A stretch of DNA of 64,000 nucleotides from positions 343,258-407,257 of the forward strand of contig JACPVF010000015.1 in the NCBI GenBank assembly GCA_016191845.1. Direction: 5' to 3'. The position numbers and the translations under genes were made by a program. Shown here in pieces: positions 8,890 to 17,488 of this stretch (position 1 is its first letter; each line of letters starts with the position of its first letter). The notes under the pieces were generated by a model, which was not told the DNA's origin, did not search any database, and was given only the letters and a program-made list of their open reading frames with translations. Origin of the DNA: Chloroflexota bacterium. Its GTDB lineage: Bacteria > Chloroflexota > Anaerolineae > Anaerolineales > Villigracilaceae.

Positions 8890-10137
8890 CTATTTCTTCA
8901 ACTCTGCTGCATTGCGCTGGATCTTCTTGATGGCCGCCACGGCATCATCCACGCCTTGGGGGCCCGCACGGAAGATGGCCTCGTCCAGCCAGACGGCTTC
9001 GTGTTCACAGGCACGGGTGGCTTCGGGCAGGTGCATGTCCTTGAAGTTGAAATATTCGGGAAAGGCATTTGGCACGGCCAGCTTCGAGCGCTGCGGTTGG
9101 AACAGTTCATAGTTGTGCATGGCCTCGTAGCCGACCCAGCAATCCACGCCCTCGGCCTCGAGGGCATCACATAGCGCGTCATGTTCCAGACCGAATTCCT
9201 GCGGGTCGATGGCAAAGATGTAGCGGTAGAACGAGCGCGTGGTATGACGTTCATCGCGTTTCAGGACGCGCACGCCCTTGACCTCGCTCAGCGACTCATC
9301 CATGTAGGCGGCCATTTCTTCGCGTTGCCTGGCCTGTTCGGGAAAGCGCTCGACACCAATCAGCGCCAACGCAGCCTGCAACTCGCTCAAGCGGAAGTTT
9401 CCGCCTTGCATCGACAGACCGTTCGGGTCTTCGGGGCCGCCGCCCAGGGCGTGCGGACGTCCGCAGTCGATGATGGAGGCGGCCAGGGCGGCGTGTTCCG
9501 CCGAACGGCAGAGCAGGATCCCGCCCTCGCCCGAGGTCAACGTCTTGGAGGATTGCAGGCTGAACGATCCGAAGTGGCCGAGGGTGCCTGCACCGCGTCC
9601 ACGCCATTTGGCGCCGTGGGCATGGGCGCAGTCTTCGATCACGATCAGGTTGTACTTTTCGGCCAGTGCGAGGATGGCATCCATATCGGCCATTTGGTGC
9701 CCGAGATGCACGGGAATGATGGCTTTCGTCTTGGCGGTGATGGCTTTTTCGGCGGCCTTTGGGTCGAGACAATAGGTATTTGGGTCCACATCCACGATGA
9801 TGGGGATGGCGCCTGCACCCATCGGCGCGGAGGCGGTGGCCTGGAAGGTGTAGGCAGGTACGATGACCTCGTCACCCCAGCCGATGCCTGCGGCGCGCAG
9901 GGCCACTTCCATGGTGATGGTACCGTTGGTCATCGGCACGGCGTAACCGCCACCTTGCATCTCGGCGAACTTCTTCGCCAACTCGGCGGTCTTCGGCCCA
10001 GGATAGGGGAAGCCGCCCCAGCGCCCCGAGCGGACCACGTCCATCACGGCTTGCAGATCGCGCTCGTCCCACACGGGCCAGTGCGGATACGGTTCGGTGC
10101 GGGCTTTCGGTCCGCCTAAGATCGCGAGTTCGGACAT
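8890..10137 (-). CDS. DegT/DnrJ/EryC1/StrS-family PLP-dependent aminotransferase
   Basis: 415 aa: ...VPAYTFQATASAP..., IIPVHLGHQMADMD, EDCAHAHGA, SFSLQSSKTLTSGEGG (the PLP-lysine motif of the family). RBS AAGGAGAA lies before the ATG. Confidence 0.88.
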   Translation of the reverse strand: MSELAILGGPKARTEPYPHWPVWDERDLQAVMDVVRSGRWGGFPYPGPKTAELAKKFAEMQGGGYAVPMTNGTITMEVALRAAGIGWGDEVIVPAYTFQATASAPMGAGAIPIIVDVDPNTYCLDPKAAEKAITAKTKAIIPVHLGHQMADMDAILALAEKYNLIVIEDCAHAHGAKWRGRGAGTLGHFGSFSLQSSKTLTSGEGGILLCRSAEHAALAASIIDCGRPHALGGGPEDPNGLSMQGGNFRLSELQAALALIGVERFPEQARQREEMAAYMDESLSEVKGVRVLKRDERHTTRSFYRYIFAIDPQEFGLEHDALCDALEAEGVDCWVGYEAMHNYELFQPQRSKLAVPNAFPEYFNFKDMHLPEATRACEHEAVWLDEAIFRAGPQGVDDAVAAIKKIQRNAAELKK

Positions 10138-10225
10138 GGTTGGTTCTCCTTGTGGGTTGGTTTACTACAGAGGGACGAAAGACGCTTTGTAAACTTTGTG
10201 TCCTCTGCGTCTCTGCGGTAAATGA

Positions 10226-11416
10226 TCATTTCAATAATGCGGACAGTCCATCCATTACGGCGGGTGCGATGCCTTTTCCGATGGAGTTGGTCTCTTCATA
10301 ATGTTTGCCAGGCTTGAATGGGTTGAGCGGATACTCGAAATCTTCGACAGGCAGGATGTAGCCCAGCTCATCGTTAGCCAGCCCGATCACACCTGCGACC
10401 TGCGCGCCTGCGGCCTTCATCTGCGCCTTAAGCTGCATTCCCAGCTTGGGCAGCAGCTCACCAGGGACAGCCGCCAGCCACAACCCGCCGATCTTGACCA
10501 GGTTGACTTCGCTCTCGATCTCGCCCCGCTGATTCCGCGCATCGGGCAGGGTCTTGAAGAGGAAGGCCAGCTTGTACAGTGGATTGGTCATCCTGGCCTG
10601 GATGTCTTTCTTCTGAAGGCTGATTTCTTTCACCTGTGTGGATTGCACCTGGCCCAATGCCTTCACCCCTTCCTTAGCTAGTTTCTTTCCCATGAGCTCG
10701 GCCTCCGCGAAGGAGTGGTCCTTTACGTGGGGGGTCATCATGCCGCCCAGGTCACCCGCAAAGAAGATGCACGGTGCGCCCGTCTGATGCTGGACCTCGT
10801 CGCGCAGATAGCCGACATAGTCGGCGGTGATGTGCGGGTTGTGCTCCCACAGCACTTCGGGATGACAGGGGAAGTTGAACAGGCTGACGAAGGGCGAATC
10901 ATCCCGACCGATGAATTGTGCCAGGGTCAATTCATCGTCCAGAATTTCGGGATTGCGATTGTTCTTCGCCAGGCCAGGGACGTGGACGGAGGTCATTTTG
11001 ACGGTGGCCGGCTGGAGGTCCGCGAGGGAGGCGAGGATGGCGGCGACGATCTTATCTTTGAGGCCGCGCATGTAGTCCTCATCCACGCCACGGGTACGCA
11101 TATCAGGACCCCAGATGCCCATGGTATCGGGGCCGTGGTGCGGATGGACCGAGGCGATCAGCACTTCGGGCTTCAAGACCCTAAAGGTCTCCGAGGCTTT
11201 TAGGATCTCGATCACTTCATACACATCGTGACGGAAGAAGCCGATCAGGTCGAGCGCGGTGAGGACGAGAGTAGTGCCTTCGGTCTGGAGCGCGAGCGCG
11301 CGCACGTATAAATCGTCATGAATCGTTTCGGCGCGGCGGTTCTGGCCGAAGCCTGCCAGAAAGACAGTTTTATCCAAACTGGGTGTGATGACCGCTTGCG
11401 CATATCCAACTTTCAT
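10226..11416 (-). CDS. Neutral/alkaline ceramidase N-terminal-domain-like hydrolase (function unknown), copy 1
   Basis: MKVGYAQAVITPSLDKTVFLAGFGQNRRAETIHDDLYVRALAL..ASVHPHHGPD matches the start pattern of the ceramidase-fold family (G..ITP...GYG.R....IHD.L..RAL, then an H.H.GP metal motif). It is paralogous to 13752-15059. Confidence 0.65.
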   Translation of the reverse strand: MKVGYAQAVITPSLDKTVFLAGFGQNRRAETIHDDLYVRALALQTEGTTLVLTALDLIGFFRHDVYEVIEILKASETFRVLKPEVLIASVHPHHGPDTMGIWGPDMRTRGVDEDYMRGLKDKIVAAILASLADLQPATVKMTSVHVPGLAKNNRNPEILDDELTLAQFIGRDDSPFVSLFNFPCHPEVLWEHNPHITADYVGYLRDEVQHQTGAPCIFFAGDLGGMMTPHVKDHSFAEAELMGKKLAKEGVKALGQVQSTQVKEISLQKKDIQARMTNPLYKLAFLFKTLPDARNQRGEIESEVNLVKIGGLWLAAVPGELLPKLGMQLKAQMKAAGAQVAGVIGLANDELGYILPVEDFEYPLNPFKPGKHYEETNSIGKGIAPAVMDGLSALLK

Positions 11417-12384
11417 TTGACCAACTCCTTTGCAGTGCGGACCATCTCGTCGCGGACGGCGTAGCCGTCGAAGCCAGCCTGTTCCATGCCGAGGAGGACT
11501 GCGCCAACCACGGGCGGGCCGTCGAGGCGGATGAGCTTTGCTTTCGGCAGGTGTTGCATGACGATGGCGCGCATCGGCTCGGTGATGGCTTCGCCCGCCT
11601 CGAAGACACTGCCCGATTGGATGACCTCCAGCTCGTCATTTTCCATGCCGATCTGGCGCGCCACCGAGACGGCCAGCCAGCCGAGTTCCTCGCCTGCCCA
11701 GTGGATGATTTCCTGTGCGGCGGCGTCGCCCTGTTGCGCAGCTTCGATGATCTTCACCGCGATGAACGGGAAGAGATGATACTGCGAGTTCGAGAGACCT
11801 TCCATCAGGTCGGCTTCGTCTTTCGCGCCCGTGGCTTCGAGCAGGACCGCCGTTAGCGCGGTGGGGGGGATACGGCGGATCCATGCGTAATTGACCATCT
11901 GTAGTGCGCGCAGCGTGATCTCCATCGCGCCGCCGTATTCGCCGAACATCGGCCCGTTGCCGACGATGCGGCCTTCCACGCCCTGCGCGTTGCGCCCACG
12001 GCAATTGTTGGATGAACCCGCCGTGACGTTGACCCCCACCCCACGCGTGGCGCCCGCCAGCAGGCCGTTCATGCCATCGTTGACGATCTCCAGCGGACAG
12101 GTCAGCCCGAGCGCGGCGATGGCTTGCATGTGTTGTTCACGGTCGGACGGGAAGTCATACCCCGCTACGCCGAAGCCTGCTCCCACGATATCGGCCGCAT
12201 CCACGCCTGACATTTCGCAGGCCCCGCCGAACGACTCGCGCAACACATTCTCCAGCCCGTCATAGCCCACGCCCTGATGATTCCCACCCCAGGCCTTGCC
12301 AAAGCCGACACAGCATCCGCTTTCATCGGCGATGATGGCATGTGTCTTGGAAGAACCAACGTCGATTCCCAAAAAATATTTCAT
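11413..12384 (-). CDS. BadF/BadG/BcrA/BcrD-type ATPase (N-acetylglucosamine-kinase-like sugar kinase)
   Basis: It has MKYFLGIDVGSSKTHAIIADESG (the ASKHA phosphate-1 motif) and GVAGYD and TAGSSNN segments. There is a 4-nt overlap with the downstream gene. Confidence 0.8.
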   Translation of the reverse strand: MKYFLGIDVGSSKTHAIIADESGCCVGFGKAWGGNHQGVGYDGLENVLRESFGGACEMSGVDAADIVGAGFGVAGYDFPSDREQHMQAIAALGLTCPLEIVNDGMNGLLAGATRGVGVNVTAGSSNNCRGRNAQGVEGRIVGNGPMFGEYGGAMEITLRALQMVNYAWIRRIPPTALTAVLLEATGAKDEADLMEGLSNSQYHLFPFIAVKIIEAAQQGDAAAQEIIHWAGEELGWLAVSVARQIGMENDELEVIQSGSVFEAGEAITEPMRAIVMQHLPKAKLIRLDGPPVVGAVLLGMEQAGFDGYAVRDEMVRTAKELVK

Positions 12385-12403
12385 GAGTTATGCCTGAAAA
12401 GAT

Positions 12404-13750
12404 TTATTCACCTGCAGTGGCGTGTTTCCTGACCAGCGCATCCTTGATGCTTTGCAGGTATGGACCGTGAATCGGGTATAGCCACAGCAGGAAGATGGCC
12501 AGCAAAAAGCCGATTGACGTGGGCGCCGTCAGGAAGATGCGGAAGCCCATGTCCACCGAGGCAGGCTGGACATCGAGCAGGGTATCGTAGCCGAAGGCGG
12601 GCATGATCAGCCCGAAGACCGAAGAGACCAGCAATCCGCTCAGGGTGATGACGAAGCCGCTCATCCCGAAGAACATGCCCGCGCGTTGATGCCCTGTCTT
12701 GACCTCATCCTCGTCGATGACTTCGGCTATGATCACGTCGCCGATCAGGATCAGTCCGCCCAGGCCGATGCCGATGATGACAGCCGTCACCAGCGTGAAG
12801 GGCAGCGACGGGCTGAATCCCAGTGGGACGACGCCGAAGATCATGATCAGGTTGGCCAGCATGAGCGTGCGGCGCGAGTCGAGTTTGTTGGCCACCCAGT
12901 TGCGCCACGGATACAGAGATAGCATGGCTACCGCGAAGGCGATGCCGAAGATCACGCTGAACATGCTGTCGCTGACCTTGAGGCTGTACTTCAAATAGAA
13001 GGGCATGCCCATTTGCAGCGTGCCTGTGGCCACGAAGCGCATGGCCTGCGCGCCTGTGGCAGTCAGATAACTGCGGTTGACGAATGTGGATTTGAGTGCC
13101 TGCCAGAACGGGAAACTGGTATCGGTTTTTAGGTCCGCGCGCTCGAACAATGACGAGTAGCCGATGTACAGCGGCACCACCGAGATGACCGCCAGCGAAA
13201 TGGCCATACCCGCCCATCCGATGGAGTTCCACAACAGCGGCGGCACCACCGAGGCCAGGATCAGCGCGATGACCTGAAAGATGTTCATGCGCGCCGCCAC
13301 ATCGGTACGTTCTTCGTAGGTGCCGAACATCTCGGGCAGCAGTCCGTAATAGCCCGTGGCCAATGCCGTGTACAGACCTTCCCAAATGACGATGAAGATG
13401 CCGAAGTAGATCAGCAGCCCGATGGGATTGGTCTTCCCGTCGAAGGGCGTGGTGAAGATCAGGGCGAAGGTCAATGCATAGGGCAGGCCGCCGAACAGGA
13501 TGTACGGTCGGCGACGGCCCCAGCGGGAGCGCGTTCGGTCGGAGGCATATCCCAGCGCGGGGTTGTTTAGCGCGTTGTAAACGGTGTAGAAGAACCAGAA
13601 GCTCGCGAACCAGGTGGCAGGCAGGTTCTTCACATCCACGATGTAATACAGGGCAAAGGCCGAGATGGTCTCGACGGGTGTAGCCACTCCCAGACTCATC
13701 AGGGAGTACATCATGCGGGTCTTGGTGTTGGTGGCGCCTTCGGGGGTCAT
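12404..13750 (-). CDS. MFS/GPH-family glycoside:cation symporter (MelB-like), copy 1
   Basis: 448 aa, about 12 TM, with the SDRTRSRWGRRRPYILFG loop motif (D-R-x-x-x-x-G-R-R-R-P) typical of GPH transporters. Confidence 0.85.
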   Translation of the reverse strand: MTPEGATNTKTRMMYSLMSLGVATPVETISAFALYYIVDVKNLPATWFASFWFFYTVYNALNNPALGYASDRTRSRWGRRRPYILFGGLPYALTFALIFTTPFDGKTNPIGLLIYFGIFIVIWEGLYTALATGYYGLLPEMFGTYEERTDVAARMNIFQVIALILASVVPPLLWNSIGWAGMAISLAVISVVPLYIGYSSLFERADLKTDTSFPFWQALKSTFVNRSYLTATGAQAMRFVATGTLQMGMPFYLKYSLKVSDSMFSVIFGIAFAVAMLSLYPWRNWVANKLDSRRTLMLANLIMIFGVVPLGFSPSLPFTLVTAVIIGIGLGGLILIGDVIIAEVIDEDEVKTGHQRAGMFFGMSGFVITLSGLLVSSVFGLIMPAFGYDTLLDVQPASVDMGFRIFLTAPTSIGFLLAIFLLWLYPIHGPYLQSIKDALVRKHATAGE

Positions 13751-13751
13751 C

Positions 13752-15059
13752 TCAACTCCACAGCTTCTTTAACATGTCCTGAGTGGTATCCAGCGCGATC
13801 TGTTCGCACTGGGCCTGAAAGCGACCAGGATAGCGATAGGCCAGCGGAGCCACGTCCACTTCGTAGCCGCCCTCAGCGTGTGACTCGGCGGTATGCAGAT
13901 AGCTGATGCTGCCGTCGCTGATGCTGGCGAACAGCGTGTGTTTGGCAGGCGAGGCCGCCTTGAGCTTCATGCCGATCTCGGTGAAGGTCTCGGCGCCAAA
14001 AGTGACCAACGCCAGGTCGCCGATCTTCACAGCGCTGACCCGCATCGGCACGGACCAATATCCATTCCTGGCCTCGATGACGGGCTTCCACGGATAGCGT
14101 TGATCGAGCAGCATGTCGGCGAAGACTGCCATGAAGCCAGGCAGATGCGCCATGGCCAACAACGGCGCGGTGTAATTCTTGGGTGGACGAGGCGTGCTGG
14201 CCTGCGTCTCGGTCGGCATCCAAGCTTGCGTGCGCTCCACATGGATGGGAGTGCTGTTCATCGCCTCGGACCCGCTGCGGACCGCCGTCAAAACGGAGTC
14301 GGCCACACTCAGGCCCTGTTCCGTCACCTTCTCGAAGACCTGCGAGTCGCCCCAGTACATGTCGGGGTTGATGTTGGCGGTGGCTCCCTGCAGGAAGAGT
14401 GCCAGCCCGCCCAGTTCGGATTCCACCTTCTGGCGCATCACACCGATCCAGTCGGCGGAGACCAGCAGATTATCGGGTCCGAGCACGGTGCCATGGCAGG
14501 CATAGTTAACCACTGTCGCCAATCGACCTGTTTCAGCCATCACACTCAATACCTGCACCGACTTGTCGCGCGGACCATCGGGGTTGCGTCCGATCTCCAT
14601 GCGGCCATCGGGCAGGCGTTCGCGGCGGTTGATGCCCACTGAGCCCTCGCCCAGGGAATATTCCAGGCGAGCGGGCTGGAGATGGGATTGCGCGCGCTGC
14701 ACGGCATCCACGATGCGTTCGACCAGCAGGTCGATGTAGGTGCGGTTCAGCCGCGAGGATTTTTCGTCCGCGTAGGCGATGGGGCCCGAGTGCGTGTGCG
14801 AGCAGCACAGCAGCACCTCGGTCCCTGCCAGGCGCGCGCGGACGCGGTCCACGATGAACTCGTTGATGGTCAGCATGTCCAGCGCCACCACGGCCAGACG
14901 GGTCGAGCCGTCATCGAGAACCAGGGCGGTGGCGGTCAGCTCATCGTGCACGCCGACGTTGCCCTTGGTGCGGTCGCCATAACCGATGAGGTAAATGCCC
15001 TTTGGCGGGGTGATGAGGTTGCGCACCACGCCAGCGCGCAGACTGGTATCAGTCATCAT
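13752..15059 (-). CDS. Neutral/alkaline ceramidase N-terminal-domain-like hydrolase (function unknown), copy 2
   Basis: It has LRAGVVRNLITPPKGIYLIGYGDRTKGNVGVHDELTATALVLDD and CCSHTHSGP (the H-x-H-x-GP metal motif). Confidence 0.7.
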   Translation of the reverse strand: MMTDTSLRAGVVRNLITPPKGIYLIGYGDRTKGNVGVHDELTATALVLDDGSTRLAVVALDMLTINEFIVDRVRARLAGTEVLLCCSHTHSGPIAYADEKSSRLNRTYIDLLVERIVDAVQRAQSHLQPARLEYSLGEGSVGINRRERLPDGRMEIGRNPDGPRDKSVQVLSVMAETGRLATVVNYACHGTVLGPDNLLVSADWIGVMRQKVESELGGLALFLQGATANINPDMYWGDSQVFEKVTEQGLSVADSVLTAVRSGSEAMNSTPIHVERTQAWMPTETQASTPRPPKNYTAPLLAMAHLPGFMAVFADMLLDQRYPWKPVIEARNGYWSVPMRVSAVKIGDLALVTFGAETFTEIGMKLKAASPAKHTLFASISDGSISYLHTAESHAEGGYEVDVAPLAYRYPGRFQAQCEQIALDTTQDMLKKLWS

Positions 15060-16392
15060 CGACGACCTCGAGCGGCAGGTTCAGGTTCTGGCGCGTCTCT
15101 TCAGGCGTGTCTCCCACGCGATACTTCTGGAAGAGGAAATATCCCGCAAAGGTGAACAGGGCCATCACAGGGAAGGCCAGTTGCACGCCGAGCGGATTGG
15201 CCTGGGTGAAGCCGAAATTCTCCAGAAGCAGGGGCAGGATCAGGGTCCCGACCGCGGTACCCAGTCCAATGGCGAAGGAAAACGTCCCGTAGTAAATGGC
15301 CTCGCGGCGGCGTTTGGTCAGCATCTCGTCATAGTCGACCATGTTGCCCATCATGGCATAGATCAGGATCAGGTAGCCGCCCAGCGATGCGCCGATCAGG
15401 GCAATCAACGTGTAGACCTGTACCAGCAGCGGGATGCCAGGCAGCCTGCCGACGAAGAAGCCGAATGCAAAGGCCACGCCCAGCAGGATCAGGCTGATGT
15501 TGAGCAGGGTCTTCTGGCTGTGCTTGCGGCTGAACTGTGTCCAGGCGATGCCCGTCAGCGCCATGAAGATGATCAGCACACCCTGATAGATACCCACTTC
15601 CCCTTCGGTCCCATGAACAACCAAAGTGATGAAATAGGGGAAGTTGGCCAACACCATCTGATAAGCGATGTGCACGCACAGGGTGGAAAAGAACAGGATC
15701 AGGAACTGTTGGTTCTGGAAGGTGGCTTTCAATCCCTCCATGGCTTTCATCGGCTCGCCCACGGGACGGTTGGTTTCTTCCAACCCGAACAGGGTGCCGT
15801 AAATGGTCATCACGCCCACCCAGCCGACGATGCCGCCCATGGCCACAGCGCCCACGCTCTCGAAGAGCGGAGCCGCCACCAGGGAGCCGATCAACACCCC
15901 CAGAATGCCGAAGACATTCTTCCAGAAGCTCAAGCCCACGCGGGCATGAGTCTCGGGGGCCATCTCGGGCAGGGTGGCGTCGTACGGAATCCCGACCAGG
16001 CTGAAGCTGGTGTGGTAGATCAGGATGATGACCATGAAGTACAGGCCATTCAGTCCGATGTTGTCCTTGGTGGGCGGCAGCCACAGCAGCACGGCGCCCA
16101 ACAGCACGAACGGTGCCGCGATCGCCATGAACGGTTTGCGGCGTCCCCAGCGTGAGCGCAGGGTGTCGCTCCAATGACCGATGAACGGGTCGATGGCTGC
16201 GTCCCAGATGCTGGCGATGAGCAACAGCACGCCCATCATGGCGGCGGGGATGTAGGTGGGGCGGCCCGAGTCGGGCGGGGGCGCGTAGAAATATAGAAGC
16301 CAGGTGCTGATGGTGATGCCGAGGATGTTCAGTCCCGCTGATGCGCTGGAGTACAGGGCAATGCGCGAAAACGGTAGTTTGTTCTTTTCCAT
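15049..16392 (-). CDS. MFS/GPH-family glycoside:cation symporter, copy 2
   Basis: The ATG at 16392 gives MEKNKLPFSRIALYSSASAGLNILG. The loop SDTLRSRWGRRKPFMAIA is the GPH signature. The longer ORF-track start at 16470 adds an unlikely non-membrane leader. Confidence 0.85.
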   Translation of the reverse strand: MEKNKLPFSRIALYSSASAGLNILGITISTWLLYFYAPPPDSGRPTYIPAAMMGVLLLIASIWDAAIDPFIGHWSDTLRSRWGRRKPFMAIAAPFVLLGAVLLWLPPTKDNIGLNGLYFMVIILIYHTSFSLVGIPYDATLPEMAPETHARVGLSFWKNVFGILGVLIGSLVAAPLFESVGAVAMGGIVGWVGVMTIYGTLFGLEETNRPVGEPMKAMEGLKATFQNQQFLILFFSTLCVHIAYQMVLANFPYFITLVVHGTEGEVGIYQGVLIIFMALTGIAWTQFSRKHSQKTLLNISLILLGVAFAFGFFVGRLPGIPLLVQVYTLIALIGASLGGYLILIYAMMGNMVDYDEMLTKRRREAIYYGTFSFAIGLGTAVGTLILPLLLENFGFTQANPLGVQLAFPVMALFTFAGYFLFQKYRVGDTPEETRQNLNLPLEVVDDD

Positions 16393-16450
16393 GTTCAGCT
16401 CCGTTCGAGGGTGATTCCCCCATGTGCGGGGTGTGTTGTGTCTGGGTGAA

Positions 16451-17344
16451 TTATACGTTGCGCATGGCATCGCGGATAGCGCGATAGCCCACCAGTTTGA
16501 TATCTTCCTTTTCGAGATGCTTCTTGAACTCGTCGCTCAGGAAGACCTTGTAATTCTCCACGCGGCATGGCCAGTCGGGTGTGATGGCGCGCAGCTCGGG
16601 CGTATCCACTGAGGGGTGCAGCAGGAAGTGCGTGATGCCAGGCTTCAACTCGCTGACCATGCGTTTGGCCACGTTCAACTGGTCGCGCGGGTCATCGAGG
16701 GGCAGGCCCGTGGCAAAGTCCTGCATGGGCACGCCTTGCGATTCGAGGTAATCGGTCATGGCCTTGACCATTTCGAAGGTGTCCTCGTCCACGCCAAAGG
16801 TGGCGTACGTCTCACGGTCGCCGTGTGGGATGAGCGGCGGCAGCTTGTACTTGCTGATCAACTGGATGTAGCCCGCGATGAACTTGGGATGCGCCACCGC
16901 GCCCATGTGCATGTCGGCATGCGTGAGGTCGAGGCCGAAGGCCAGCGCGCGCTGGATCTGCGCTTCGAGCTCGACCAGCGCCTCGTCGGGATCGCCCTTC
17001 TCCTGGACCTCAGCATCGGTGCGGGGAAAATAGCCTTCACTGTCCACCAGAGTGGATTCCGTTAACCGCCCCGTGATCGGACGCCAGCGATAGAACTGCC
17101 ACTCGCTGGTGAGGACGAGGTGCACGCCCAGGTCCGCGCTGGGGATGTGGCGCTGAAGGTCCGCTGCGGCAGGGAACCACGGACACGGCACCATCACCGC
17201 GCCCGAGGTCAGCGTGCCGAAATTGAACAGGTTTTCATAAGCCTGGATGGTGGCGTGACACATGCCCACGTCATCGGCGTGGGTGACCACGACGCGGTCA
17301 TTGGCGGAGAAGCCGAGTTTGGCGAGGAAGGGATTGGGAGTCAT
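16451..17344 (-). CDS. YdjC/ChbG-family carbohydrate deacetylase
   Basis: It has VVVTHADDVGMCHATIQA, GVHLVLTSEW and THADMHMG, the metal/acid-base motifs of YdjC-like proteins. The start is taken at MTPNPFLAKLG (17344). The ORF-track extension to 17416 reads into the intergenic repeat. Confidence 0.82.
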   Translation of the reverse strand: MTPNPFLAKLGFSANDRVVVTHADDVGMCHATIQAYENLFNFGTLTSGAVMVPCPWFPAAADLQRHIPSADLGVHLVLTSEWQFYRWRPITGRLTESTLVDSEGYFPRTDAEVQEKGDPDEALVELEAQIQRALAFGLDLTHADMHMGAVAHPKFIAGYIQLISKYKLPPLIPHGDRETYATFGVDEDTFEMVKAMTDYLESQGVPMQDFATGLPLDDPRDQLNVAKRMVSELKPGITHFLLHPSVDTPELRAITPDWPCRVENYKVFLSDEFKKHLEKEDIKLVGYRAIRDAMRNV

Positions 17345-17373
17345 GGCGAGTCCTTTGTAATGATATCTTCGTG

Positions 17374-17480
17374 TTGAGCGGAGGCCTGAGCGTTCGTCGA
17401 AGGCCGTAGTCGACATTGTGCCCGAAGGGTAGACGCAGTGTTTGCTGAAAACGTGCGCTTCGACTACCGCTCAGCGCGAA
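17374..17480. repeat. Dispersed palindromic intergenic repeat, copy A (intra-operon gap)
   Basis: The left arm is GAGCGG[AGGCCTGAGCGTTCGTCGAAGGCC]GTAGTCGA. The right arm is GCGCTTCGACTACCGCTCAGCGCGAA, the reverse complement of the core GCGCTGAGCGGTAGTCGAAGCGC. Confidence 0.75.
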
Positions 17481-17488
17481 ATGTTGTG

